Part shown: piece by piece, positions 22,636 to 33,979 of the stretch | Layout of the letters: the number at the start of each line of letters is the position of its first letter | Position numbering within the stretch: position 1 is the stretch's first letter | NCBI GenBank assembly: GCA_030295235.1 | Contig: AP026135.1 | Span: 1,178,001 to 1,242,000, forward strand | DNA from: Fistulifera solaris | Lineage: Eukaryota | DNA: 64,000 nucleotides | Reading direction: 5' to 3' | The notes under the pieces: model-generated | The model's database searches: none | Told to the model about the DNA's origin: nothing | The model's input: the letters and a program-made list of their open reading frames with translations, nothing else | Made by a program: the position numbers and the translations under genes

Positions 22636-23775
22636 ATGACAATGGCGCAACCAGCTGTTCGACCAGACTTGTTAAACACAGCAATCCCGCCGGATGATGA
22701 TTTGGTGGAGCATCGATTGCAACACGGACAATGTGGTTCCTGTGGGCAACAACTGTACGGATTCGAAATGGAAAGCACTTGCTGTTTTGCGGCTTTGTTT
22801 TCAAAGAAAAGAAACGAATTGACGATGAATCCGCTCACGATTCCCAATCTTGTCGATCATGGAAAGTGTTTAAAGTGCAATATCTCACCTCGGGGATCTA
22901 ATCACTCGGAAGAACCTAGCGAAGCAAGCAATCCAGCAGCTAACACAACAACAATCAGAGCCAACCAAGCTATAACAACAGAACCACCCAAAGTCAAGAA
23001 ATCATTATCCTTCAAAAAGACGCCTTTGTTTCAACGTGCGACGGTTGCTGGGGCTGCTTATGTGCCTCACGAAGAATCCGGTGTCATGATTCCCATTTCT
23101 CCGTCTCATTCAAACTCCTCATCGTCATCTTCCTCCTCAAATTTAGCCATTTATCAAGGTGATTATAACGCCAAAGGAGAGCGACACGGACACGGTACTA
23201 TCACATGGGCCAATGGAGACGTATATAAGGGTTCCTTTGTTCGAAATCAACGTCATGGACATGGTATACTCATTTTTGCATCCCCTGATTCTGAAAAGCC
23301 GGATAATGGAGAATATGTGGGAGACTGGAAAGACAATCTCATGCACGGGGAGGGTACTCGCCGGTATCCCAACGGAGATGTCTATGTAGGTTATTATGAA
23401 CAAGGGAAACGACACGGTCACGGGGAGTTTTATTATGCCAATGGCGATACTTACTCGGGACCATGGGAGAAGAACCATATGCAAGGCATCGGAAGGTATT
23501 ATTACATGTCAGGGCAGCTCTTTGAAGGAATGTTTTTGATGAGTAAACGAAATGGGAAAGGCATGATCGAACGAACAGACGGTTCCATCGACTTTTTTCA
23601 GTACGTCGACGATGTTCGAGTCGGATACGGTGTACGATGGAACGAAGATCGAACACTCGCATGGAAGTTATCATTGCTGCAACCTTCCGGTGCTATTCAA
23701 GCCGAACCTATTTCTCTACCGGAAGCAACTTTATTACTCGAAGAGTTGGAAAAGATGTGCGATCAACATGTATAG
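22636..23775 (+). CDS. MORN-repeat protein with N-terminal Cys-rich module, paralog 2 (tandem duplicate)
   Basis: Same architecture as paralog 1: GQCGSCGQQLY...CC...PLTIPNLVDHGKCLKC followed by MORN repeats. First ATG is at 22636. Confidence 0.85.
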   Translation: MTMAQPAVRPDLLNTAIPPDDDLVEHRLQHGQCGSCGQQLYGFEMESTCCFAALFSKKRNELTMNPLTIPNLVDHGKCLKCNISPRGSNHSEEPSEASNPAANTTTIRANQAITTEPPKVKKSLSFKKTPLFQRATVAGAAYVPHEESGVMIPISPSHSNSSSSSSSSNLAIYQGDYNAKGERHGHGTITWANGDVYKGSFVRNQRHGHGILIFASPDSEKPDNGEYVGDWKDNLMHGEGTRRYPNGDVYVGYYEQGKRHGHGEFYYANGDTYSGPWEKNHMQGIGRYYYMSGQLFEGMFLMSKRNGKGMIERTDGSIDFFQYVDDVRVGYGVRWNEDRTLAWKLSLLQPSGAIQAEPISLPEATLLLEELEKMCDQHV

Positions 23776-23896
23776 ACAATGATGTTGACACTAATACACG
23801 AGTGAATCCGTAAACTCAACCACATGCACAGTAAATTTTTTATAGCGTTGTATTTTTGCAGGATATGTTTTCGTACGCGTTCTAAGCAGCATTCTT

Positions 23897-25111
23897 CTAT
23901 GTACTTGACGACGACGACGACGTTTCTTGCACCAAGGCCTCTAAATTCAAGACTGGCGGGACACCGGGTCGATACAATAAACAAGTGTGACCTACCGTCT
24001 GGGTAACATGGGCTTGTAATTGTGCTGCAATGACCTGACCTACCAACTTGGCATCCTTCTTCTTGTTTACGGCATTGTTTAACCGTACTTGTACCAACTC
24101 ATGATCCCACAACAGTTGATCTAAATGTTCCATCCATTCTGGTTTGATCTTGATGGTCTTATACATGGCAATGCACTTGTCCGTATCATCCTCAACTCGC
24201 TGTTCTTGCAATATCCAAAGCTCTGAATCGACCAACATATCCTTGGCCCAGCTCACTTCGGGCAGAGTCCCCGCCGCTTTTTGTCGACCGGCCACCGATC
24301 GAAGTGCCGATCGCATCGCCCCCGTCACCTGATCATTGTACGTGTCACTCGGCCATTCGGCAGGACGAGGAGTAATGCGTTGACAAAAAGCTGCGACTAA
24401 CGAGGCACACGCAGGATCATTCATCAAATCTACTGTAACGCCCTTTTGTTGCAAGAATTGCACGCCCCCACCATCGACGCGGGGGTTCGGATCGCGAAAT
24501 CCAACAACGACTCTTTGTACACCCGCCAATTGGAGTGCCAAGGCACAAGGAGGCGTTTGCCCGTAATGACAGCATGGTTCGAGTGTCACATAAGCTGTCA
24601 CCGATGCGTGATCGACCAAGGGTTGAAAGAGAGACGAAGGATCGCTGCGATATTGATTCGTCAATTCTTGTATCCGAGTGAATTCCGTACTTCGGGCGCT
24701 ATCAGAAGAACTGTTAAACTGTTCTATAACACATTTGGCTGCCCGAACACCATCCGAAACATGTCCAGAGGCCTGTAATAAGGCAAATACTTCAGCGTGT
24801 GGAAATCCGGCACGGGGATGAAATCCTTGTCCGATGATTTGATTCTGTTCATTCACTAACACACAGCCGACAGCAGGATTCGGAAACGTATGTCCTAATC
24901 CGAGCTTCGCAGAAGCAACTGCTTGATTTAGGAAAGCTTGATCGGTGGATGTGGCTGAAGTAGCATGTGCAGTAGTGATGGATGTGTGTCGAGTCACGAC
25001 ATTCCGATGTAAAGATCTTTGCGTTTGAAAGGAATGGGCCGGGAAAGCCTGGCAGAGGAAAAGCCACAGAAAGGCGGAAATGACATGATTTAATAGAGAA
25101 GAAGGAATCAT
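23897..25111 (-). CDS. Plastid-targeted RibD/PyrD-type pyrimidine deaminase fused to a CRM (CRS1/YhbY) domain
   Basis: Signal peptide then F; G.T.PNP.VGCV, HAE, VTLEPCCHYGQTPPC, DPNPRVDGGG. C-terminal LWDHELVQVR...VTQTVGHTCLLYRP matches the YhbY-type pattern. Confidence 0.85.
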   Translation of the reverse strand: MIPSSLLNHVISAFLWLFLCQAFPAHSFQTQRSLHRNVVTRHTSITTAHATSATSTDQAFLNQAVASAKLGLGHTFPNPAVGCVLVNEQNQIIGQGFHPRAGFPHAEVFALLQASGHVSDGVRAAKCVIEQFNSSSDSARSTEFTRIQELTNQYRSDPSSLFQPLVDHASVTAYVTLEPCCHYGQTPPCALALQLAGVQRVVVGFRDPNPRVDGGGVQFLQQKGVTVDLMNDPACASLVAAFCQRITPRPAEWPSDTYNDQVTGAMRSALRSVAGRQKAAGTLPEVSWAKDMLVDSELWILQEQRVEDDTDKCIAMYKTIKIKPEWMEHLDQLLWDHELVQVRLNNAVNKKKDAKLVGQVIAAQLQAHVTQTVGHTCLLYRPGVPPVLNLEALVQETSSSSSST

Positions 25112-25531
25112 GATTGTTTGCCTTGCCTTCTACTTGGTATTGTTTGATAGCGCAGCTTTTTGTCATGGGTCGAGTTTATGCCTTTTTTTGATGGCGGCGG
25201 TGTGGCTTTGATGGATGATGACGGCTCTCTCATGACTGAAGTCCATTCGGATACATCACGGCTAGAATTGAAAACTATACCAATGCATTCTCAAGAAAAG
25301 ATTAGTCGTCACATAAAAATCGAATACCCGATACGCTATTGACGAAAGAAGTTTTCTTAGTGCGACAATTATGTTGCGGCGCTTATTATCTCATGAAGAC
25401 TTCATTGCTAGTAAGTCGTGGATTAATTTTCAAGCGCTGTACCTACAGAGTGCTCACTACGAATACTTCATTGATTTTCTATACGAGCGTTCTGAGATTA
25501 TGAACCATCTTTATTTGTTTTCGATTCCTTT

Positions 25532-26684
25532 TCAAATTCGCGGTGACGATTGGGCACCAAAACTCACCCCCAGTATTCGAAAAACACTTTTGTCGTCTCC
25601 ATCCAATGGCGAAGAAAGAACATTCCATTGCACGCGTATTGATTGACGAGGAGCTACCTTTCCGACGGGGCTCATTTCCCAGCTTATTACATCACTGTCA
25701 TCACTCTCGCGATATGGCTCAATGACTAACGCGGGTATCCCATCCAGTCGAATCCGAGTTAATGCTTCCTGCGGTCCTACCTTATAGGTCAAGTACAACA
25801 TGCGCTCGGTATCAAACGGATTGTGAACTGTAAGGGTATGTCTCGTATCGTCGTAATAATAGTATTCGTCATCCGCCAATAGTTCGTTAGAAATATCGAG
25901 CCGTCGCTTTCGCAAGAATGATGGCAAGTAAGATGAAAATTGTAGTGATGATATCAGAGATTGCACCGCACGTGGATTGAATTCCATCCATAAAGGTGGA
26001 TTTGTTGTTGGATGAAACCAATAACACGCGTCCCCAATCCCCCATGATTTTCCAGAATCCACAGCAGCTTGTGAATCTTCATACGACGAAGTTGTTGTTG
26101 TCGTTGTCTTGGTAGTTCTTAATGTTTCGAATACTTTATGACCTTCTCTCTTACTTTCTGACGAGTTATGAATGGATCCTTGATGCACGGATATTTCTGC
26201 TGCAGGGTATCGTTGTCGCAAGCGCTGCAACAAGAGTGATAGGCTGGATTCGTCGTCAGCTGCGATTGTTGTGTCGGGAAGTAGAATCTCGATCGTGTCG
26301 TAATCCCATTCTTTATCTCCTCCGTTGTTTGTTGTTAACAGCGATTGCAAGCAGGATGCTGCAAAAGAGAGGGAATGCATGTTAACGTTATGCGAGGAAG
26401 ATGAGAAATGATTTGCGGACCTCAACAAAGTTTCAGAAGTTCCCAAAATCAAACGATGCCGCCTGTTTTCTTTTTGCATATAAAGACTGCGATTGATGCT
26501 TGTTTCTTGATGCAGAAACAAAAGAAGCTACCGTTGTTGTTACGGGTGTTTCTTCAGTGATTTGTCGTGTCAACAACAATTGCGTCCGCAATTGCAATCC
26601 CGTCAAGATCATGACACTCGCAAGCGACAGGAACCAGCCGTATAAACGAAGATGCGCATAATAAGAATAGCCACGCTTGTACAT
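25532..26684 (-). CDS. Hypothetical protein, possibly type II membrane anchored
   Basis: 329-aa ORF (25532..26521). Removing one base from the A4 run at 26520-26523 joins it to the ATG at 26684, whose frame encodes a hydrophobic anchor (WFLSLASVMILTGL). Start is uncertain and no family was recognised. Confidence 0.5.
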
Positions 26685-27200
26685 TTGTTGTTTGTGATGA
26701 TAATGATGATGATGATTCTTCTTATCACAAGTGTTGACACGAAAGGAAAGAAGAATGACCCACCCATTATTATTACTGAGTATTATTTTTTTGTGTTTTC
26801 GTTCTCGTCGGCTTCTCGCTGTTCTCGGTGCGCCGAAGATTCCGAATTTTTGGCAAAGAAAAAAAAAGTCCCGAGCAGAAAGACTCCAAAACGGCGATAG
26901 TAAACTGTACTGGTAGAAGGCAGCCTACTCACTCGGCATCGTTGAGAGTCTAAAGAAAATTTCACACCGAAAGCTGTTCTAATCCGTGACTCCAAACGAA
27001 ACAGTCGTGGACAATTATGGTAACCTTTATAAAACAAAAAATAAAAAACAAATTTTGGGTCGCTTTCTGCCGCGAGAATGTGCGACCGAATTCTTGCAAA
27101 ATAATACGGAGTAACTAATTAATTGATACATGATGAATAATTTCGGGTGATACCAGTAATCGATAAGGGAATGAGCATTACTTTATAAACTTACAGAGAA

Positions 27201-28586
27201 ATGGATACGAAAGAAGAGAAACGCGTGAACGAATTTCCTCCATCGGATTCGAATGATTTTGTTTCCTGTAACGACGACGGCGCCTTCGATGATGATGATG
27301 ATGATGTTCCTCCGACTCTGATCGATCTTTCTCGTAACGACGACAAAGTTCCGTCTTTGTCAACAACAACTACAACACAATTGTCAGTCCGCCAAGAACC
27401 GTGTCCTTTGACTATTCTGTCGGGATTTTTGGGGTCGGGAAAGACAACATTAATACAATACATTTTGCAATCTCCCGATCACGGAAAACGAATTGCCGTG
27501 ATTGAAAATGAATACGGAGGCAACGGCAGCACAGATAATGCTACGAATGAAAATGATACTACCAACAGCAGAAACCTTCGGGTAGAGTCCCTCATTGCGC
27601 AAGACGGATTAGCTTTACAAGATGAGGACGTGAAGGGGAACTTACTCGATATGATTGAATTGCCAAACGGCTGTGTCTGCTGTACTGTCAAGGACAAGCT
27701 AGTGCAAACGCTCGAAGCTCTTTTACAGGCTCGACCAGATCTCGATTACATACTTTTGGAATGTTCTGGAATGGCGAATCCGGGGCCAGTGGCGACGACC
27801 TTTTGGTTGGACGAAGCCTTGGAGTCGCAGTTGCGCTTGGATGGCATCGTCACGTTAGTTGACGCCAAGTACATCGAGCAGCAACTCGAAACGACCATTG
27901 AAGCGTCACAACAAATTGCGTATGCTGATCGTATTTTGATCAACAAGGCAGATCTCTTGGTTCATAATGAGAATGACATGAGACAAGGAACCGATCCATT
28001 GGGTCGGGTTCAGGAACGCATCCGACGATTGAATCCCTTAGCCGAAATGAAAGCATGTACATACAGTCGAATACCCGATTTGAGTTGGATTTTGGATGTA
28101 CAGTTGTTTGATCCGAATCGGTTTGATGCAACTATTACTCTGGAGAACGAACACAATCATTGGCATGATCACAGCCATGGTCACGATTACTATTCTCCGA
28201 ACGATTGTGACAAGTGTGCTCACAACCACGCGCATACTGACGCCATTTCGACGATCACACTGCATCACGATGGGTGTTTGCACTCACTTGATGTGTTGAA
28301 TCGTTGGTTGGCTGAATTGCTGTGGCCCGATCAAGATGGTCATTCGAGTTTGCAAGCAACAACAGCGACAAATACCATGTCAATTCTACGTCTCAAAGGC
28401 ATTGTGGCTATACCAAATCATGGAGAACATTATATTGTACAAGCAGTATACGATTCGTGGCAAGTAACACCGGCAAAAACGGCGAAGTTTGAAACGGACG
28501 CAGACAAGGCTTGTCAATTGATCGTCATCGGGCAGCATCTAAACGAAAGCATGTTGCGAGCTGGTTTTCAAAGCTGTCTCGCATGA
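27201..28586 (+). CDS. COG0523/CobW-family G3E GTPase (Zn metallochaperone, ZNG1/CBWD-like)
   Basis: GFLGSGKT, IENEYG, ELPNGCVCC, ECSG, NKAD, His-rich stretch, CobW_C-like LRLKG...VIG. Confidence 0.92.
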   Translation: MDTKEEKRVNEFPPSDSNDFVSCNDDGAFDDDDDDVPPTLIDLSRNDDKVPSLSTTTTTQLSVRQEPCPLTILSGFLGSGKTTLIQYILQSPDHGKRIAVIENEYGGNGSTDNATNENDTTNSRNLRVESLIAQDGLALQDEDVKGNLLDMIELPNGCVCCTVKDKLVQTLEALLQARPDLDYILLECSGMANPGPVATTFWLDEALESQLRLDGIVTLVDAKYIEQQLETTIEASQQIAYADRILINKADLLVHNENDMRQGTDPLGRVQERIRRLNPLAEMKACTYSRIPDLSWILDVQLFDPNRFDATITLENEHNHWHDHSHGHDYYSPNDCDKCAHNHAHTDAISTITLHHDGCLHSLDVLNRWLAELLWPDQDGHSSLQATTATNTMSILRLKGIVAIPNHGEHYIVQAVYDSWQVTPAKTAKFETDADKACQLIVIGQHLNESMLRAGFQSCLA

Positions 28587-28637
28587 TAGAAAGACTAATT
28601 GGATGATGAAAATAGTTTTTTTCTTTATTTTTCTTCA

Positions 28638-29801
28638 TTACGATTCCTGTCTAAAAGGAGTATTGACACTCAACGAAACATCTTCTTTGGTGACAGGGTG
28701 TCGGAACTTGAGTGATTTGGCGTGTACGCACGTTTTCTTTGAAGCAAGGGCAGATTGGACAGAATCGCTGGCTCGGCTCTTGTTTGGTAGCAATTGATCT
28801 TGTTCTGCAGCCGTCAAACCGCCATTGGGGGCAGCACTGCCTCCTTTTCCGTATGTGGCGTCTCCCACAATCGGGTGTCCCATAGCAGCCAAATGAACAT
28901 TCAACTGATGAGTTCTTCCGGAAATACTGTGCAACAAAACACGCGTGACGGGTTGTCCGTCAACTTCTTCCTTGCCCAAGACTTCATACTTTGTCAAACT
29001 ATCCTTGGGCAATTGTAGCAATTTCTTGCTGACATCACTTCCTTCCAAACTGAGGAGTGCTTGTTGGTGCGCCTCGGTAGAGACTCGCATAAAGGGAGGG
29101 AACTCGTAATCACGCATAAGAGGAAGGTGAATTATACCGCTGGCTTGTTCCATGTGTCCACAGACCAAGGCTTCGTATGTTCGTTCGATCTTGCGTGTGC
29201 GAAAGACCGTGTTCATGCCCCGCACGGCTTCGGCCGTCTTTCCCAGGATAACCAATCCAGAAGTATCAAATCCAAGTCGGTGCACTACCATCTTGTCGGC
29301 GCGATCGAGGGAAGAACCAAAGTGATCATAGACAGCTTGCGCCAAACTGGGATGATCTGCAGACATTGATAAAACACCAGCCGGCTTGTTGACAACAATC
29401 ACATGATCGTCTTCGAATACAACTTTGATGTCCTGTTTTGTTTAAAAAAGTAGATCAAATATTTGAAGAGGATTAACAGTGAGTAAAACTATTCAAATCA
29501 GCTTACAACACACGTCTTTTATCTCTCTCGCATCATGACTCACCTCTTTACTCAATTTCGCAGAAGTCGCATCCTTCTCACGTAGCTTCGCGAGCTGTGC
29601 TTGCAAGCGCGAGTTAACATCGGCAGCGGAAAGAGAAGAGGCTCCATTGACGGCATTTCCGGAGGCAACATTGACCGACGCATCCGTGTCCGCTTCTACC
29701 GTGCTGTAGAACACCGGGTGCTGCTGTCTCGAAACGGAAGGTACAAAAGCGGTCGCTCCGTTTACCGTCAACAACAAACAAACAAGAGAATGAAAGCGCA
29801 T
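28638..29801 (-). CDS. Plastid-targeted RluA-family pseudouridine-synthase-like protein 1 (HRLG), complement join(28638..29432,29544..29801)
   Basis: Signal + ATA-FVP presequence; GTGAGT..CAG intron 29433..29543 in phase 0; VVNKPAG, HRLGFDTSG, RTYEALV, SGRTHQLNVH, GHPIVGDATY, HAKSL.F.HP. Confidence 0.9.
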
Positions 29802-31154
29802 GATTCAATTATGTGCACTGCGATAGAAATAATTATTGAATAAAAATCGCAGGAAAGAGAGAGATACACAAACGTTTGTTGCCGAATTGATGATGGCTTG
29901 AGCGATGATGTGGACGGCAGCGTTGAAATTGCTGCAAAACATCGAAACGCCCTTTCGCGAGTGATGGATGGCCAGGTTCTTTCCCAGCCTCACTTTACTA
30001 CTGTATAGGATCCTGAGTGAATGTCCCTGCGCTGGTAGCCATCCAAACCTTTGCCATCACACAAACGATAGGTTATGAGTTCAGCCAAGCCGGGTCACTG
30101 ACGCAAGCGACAAACCAATCTCATGTTCCGCGCGGAAGCACGAAGGACGGTTTGCAACGAGTCACGCACGAGGCACGCGTGATGAAACCAGAACCAAGAT
30201 GACGTATGATCAGAACCAGAAACACACCCATTTCTTTTTTGATTTTTCAGAAAAGTCACAAAACGTGAAGACGTAAGATAGCAATGTCTAGTGTCTAGTA
30301 ATGACTGACTACTGTACTAGGTGGAAAGGTGACTCTTTATTATTATTATTATTTCTTGTGTCTTTTGCCGTTTGTCTGACATGACTGCAAATCCCGATTA
30401 ACAACAAGACGAAAGGCGCAAGACTTTCGACGTTGCAAAATTCGACAAAGACGTTGCACCTTGCCAACGTTAACTTGATGGCCGAAATTCGACAAACGTT
30501 CATTCTGCACATAGACCAAAACACAGAAAGGCAAGCGAAACTGCAAGACGGGCTCGGGAAGGTATGTCATCCTAAGTATAGATGATGTGGCGTAAATACA
30601 AAAATACTTACCAGTGATCTTGCCTAATTAGAAAGAGAGTGTACATTTACCCCCCGATAATGTTTAAAGCCGCCGGCAGAGTCACAAATACTTATGCCGA
30701 GAATTGGTGATACATCGGCGCGCCATGGCGCACCTCAGAGAAGAACCCAATCACCGAATGCATTCTCTGAATCACAGTCGACGGTGAAAGAGTACTCCGA
30801 TTGGATCTGTTTCGTACAGAATGGCTTTCGTTTTTGTGTCGACTTCACACTCCCGGCCGGCGCAGAATTCTGAAATTACGCTGCTTTCGCTTCGGACGAA
30901 CTCTCAACGTACGTAAAAGGTGTACCACGTCCAACGCTCGGCGATCTGAAGCTCTCCACGTCCAGTGCTGCTGTGGGGCTGAGATTTTATGCAAGACAAT
31001 CGGATGAATTGTGGGCCGGTTTCTCTGCTGCGGTGTGTGTACGTCGGTGACAGCACAAAATTTTCAAAAATAGCATTGGGAAACATTCGATGCATTGTGA
31101 GGTGTTCTATCATCCTCCAAACTAATACAATCAACAAAACATTACTCCATTGCA

Positions 31155-32561
31155 ATGGATGCAATAGATGGAGCAATGTCGGGCGAAAAGATGGCGTTAC
31201 AAGAGTTTGCGCAGAGTTTAGGGGCCTGGAATTCGATCTCCGCAACAGGCATTGGTGCTGAAGAAGACGACGGACGCACTCGTCAAGAAGCTACGTTGCT
31301 TATGAGTCTTTCTTCTGCAGCTCCAGATGCTACAGAGACAGACAGTTTGTCAGAGTCTTCAGCATACTCGCGAAAAGACGAATTTCGATTTACGTGTCCC
31401 TCCTTGTCACTGGAGCGCTCAATGAGCTTCTCTTCGAGATCACTCATTCGCCGTGTTAGTAAACAGAATCCTATGCCTGCTACTTTGCTCCGACGACCTC
31501 TTACAGTAGAAGACAGAGATGCACTCTTGTTAAATGCAGATGCGATGGCTCGCAACATGTTGCAGTCATATCAAAAGGCGATGGAGTGGAGAATTCACGT
31601 GTGGATCGCTTCTCTTTCGCGCGCACTCGCAACGGAAGAAAAGAAGTTACTGGCTCAAGGAGCTAGCGTAGAAGAGATCAAGCAACTCTGCGACTCTCCA
31701 GAGGCTCGTCTTCTTTTGGCGCTCCGTGAAGTTGAGAAACGTATTCATGTCACTGGAGCAGGGACACTTTTCCGCGTTCAAGATGAGTGCTCGCAAGATG
31801 CGAGCGATATAAAACGTTCCAAGAAGCAGCGTGTAGATCATGAGAACTGTGAAACGTACACTGTGAAGCATGATATCATTCTTGATTGTTTCATTACCCT
31901 TCAAACACCCGCCGGGTACTCCGAAATTAAACTTGAAGTTCCAGGTACTATGGAAGGATCGTTCGTTCCTGGTGAGAATCATCTTACAGATGAAATCACA
32001 TCTGTTGTTGTCGATTTAAACACCGACATGCTGGCAGCTATGATGGAGAGAAGTTGTCGCAAGATTGCTCGCTTATCAGCGGAAAGTCTCTTGGAAAACT
32101 TCGCTCGTTTAGGTGTTGAGGAGCAGGCTTGCTCGACGCCCGTCAAGACACAGCTTTCGTCACTTAGCGAAGAACCTGAAGAAGAATTACCCTTATCCTC
32201 CTCTCTTACGTCTAGCATGACACCGTCAAGACTTTCGTTCCGCGAGTCACAAACACAGGAGGATTTTTCGGCTGTCATGGTGACGCCCCCTGCAAGAGTC
32301 TCCACACTGCGTAAGCGTTCAAACGATAGTGTAATGATGCCCATTCCGGATGACTTAGATGACAAGCCCAGTCGTATTTCTCCTTCTAACTCTCTTTGGT
32401 CGACGCCATTACCAAGCACTAGTAATCGTCTTGGTCGACAAGGACTCGCTCTGGTGTCTCCACCACCTGGAGACTGCCGCGAGTATCACGAAGGGAATGA
32501 AAATGGCCCTTCGCTTCCTATGCTCGTGGAAGCGGCCTGTCGTGCTATGCAGGCAAACTAA
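31155..32561 (+). CDS. Hypothetical protein (468 aa; helical/beta core with Ser/Pro-rich tail)
   Basis: Long ATG-initiated ORF with protein-like composition; no family recognised. Confidence 0.75.
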   Translation: MDAIDGAMSGEKMALQEFAQSLGAWNSISATGIGAEEDDGRTRQEATLLMSLSSAAPDATETDSLSESSAYSRKDEFRFTCPSLSLERSMSFSSRSLIRRVSKQNPMPATLLRRPLTVEDRDALLLNADAMARNMLQSYQKAMEWRIHVWIASLSRALATEEKKLLAQGASVEEIKQLCDSPEARLLLALREVEKRIHVTGAGTLFRVQDECSQDASDIKRSKKQRVDHENCETYTVKHDIILDCFITLQTPAGYSEIKLEVPGTMEGSFVPGENHLTDEITSVVVDLNTDMLAAMMERSCRKIARLSAESLLENFARLGVEEQACSTPVKTQLSSLSEEPEEELPLSSSLTSSMTPSRLSFRESQTQEDFSAVMVTPPARVSTLRKRSNDSVMMPIPDDLDDKPSRISPSNSLWSTPLPSTSNRLGRQGLALVSPPPGDCREYHEGNENGPSLPMLVEAACRAMQAN

Positions 32562-32823
32562 ATCTGCTTTATCGCGTCTTCAACTATCGATAACGTCTCG
32601 CACGTTCTTCGGCGAGGCTGTTGCGTTGATATTGTTCTGTTAATTTGTGGAAAATTTATATGTATGAAGCAGCTTCATGAAGCTGGTTGCATTAACGGCC
32701 CTTTTGAAACGAGGGAAGTCGCTGTGAAATAAACTGTTAATTACATAGTTCATCTCAATTGCGCTAAATCAAAGAAGTAGAACGTGTGTCGATAAAGTCG
32801 CTTTACAAGAAAACCTGAGTCAG

Positions 32824-33979
32824 CTACCTGATTACTTTGCGCTTTATGTTTTTTGAATATTCAAAAGGAGGCTTGCTGATGCATTCGACAGGTTCTTTGG
32901 TAACAGGATGTTTGAATCGAATCAACGAGGCATGAACGCACATTCTTTGAGGCTGTTGTTTTTGTACTTGCACCTGGACTTCCTCAGTAGCAGCGCCTGC
33001 TGGTAATTCGCTCAATTTCAATCCACCATTCGGTGCGGCAGTACCTTGGTACCCGTACACAAAGTCCCCAACAATTGGATGACCACGTGCGGCACAGTGC
33101 ACATTCAGTTGATGGGTTCGTCCTGAAATACTTGTTAATTGCAATCGTGTCACTGGAGCGACTTGCTGTTCGGGTTGCAGATAGTCTCTTGTTTTGACCA
33201 CGAAGTGAGTCATAGCTGCTTTGGGCGCCTCCATTAGTTTCCGAGGCACTATGTCTGGATTGAGATCGAGCAATCGCCGTTGCTGTTCTTCTGTCGATAC
33301 GCGCATGAACGGTGGATGATCGATATCACGCATAAGTGGTAATCGAATAAGTCCTTCCGACTCATTCAGATGTCCGACTACAAGCGCTTCATATTGCCTA
33401 GTAATTTTTCGTGTTCGAAAGAGTGTTTGCAGTCCTCGCACACCTTCCATGGTCAAGGCACAGACCATGAGTCCGCTGGTTTCTCGTCCCAATCGATGAA
33501 CAATCATTTGATCTATAGTAATACCAGAGGGCTGACATGCTTCAAAGACAACCTGCGCCAGTGACGGATATTCCTTGGATGTACATAGCACGCCGTACGG
33601 CTTGTTGACAACCACGAGATGGTCATCTTGGTAGACGATTTCAAGATCCTACATTTTATTAGAGTGAAAACGTGAGTCAAAGCGTCGGGTCGAGTTTAAA
33701 CGGAACAATGACTACTGCGAGACTTACGCTTGGCTGTATGGTTGAACTTAACTCATCTTGTTTTCTTAAAATCTCCATTTGTGCTTGTAATTTCTGTCGC
33801 ACCTGTTCGGAAGGTGAGGAAGAAGAGTGCTCGGATATCTCTTGCGATTGATAGCGGCGTAGCAGTTCGGAATTCCGCGGAAGTAAAGATGGATTCAAAA
33901 GAGGAATGAAAGCTTGGCTATAAGCAAGAATCATCAATAACTGCAATGAGAAGCCGATGCTGAAGTAGGATGTTGCCAT
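32824..33979 (-). CDS. Plastid-targeted RluA-family pseudouridine-synthase-like protein 2 (HRLG), complement join(32824..33648,33728..33979)
   Basis: Signal + SQA-FIP presequence; GTAAGT..TAG intron 33649..33727 at the same position as in paralog 1; VVNKPYG, HRLGRETSG, SGRTHQLNVH, GHPIVGD. Confidence 0.9.

Noticed and set aside
20933..23775. Calling the MORN proteins PIP5 kinases
   Set aside because: No kinase domain is present, only MORN repeats.
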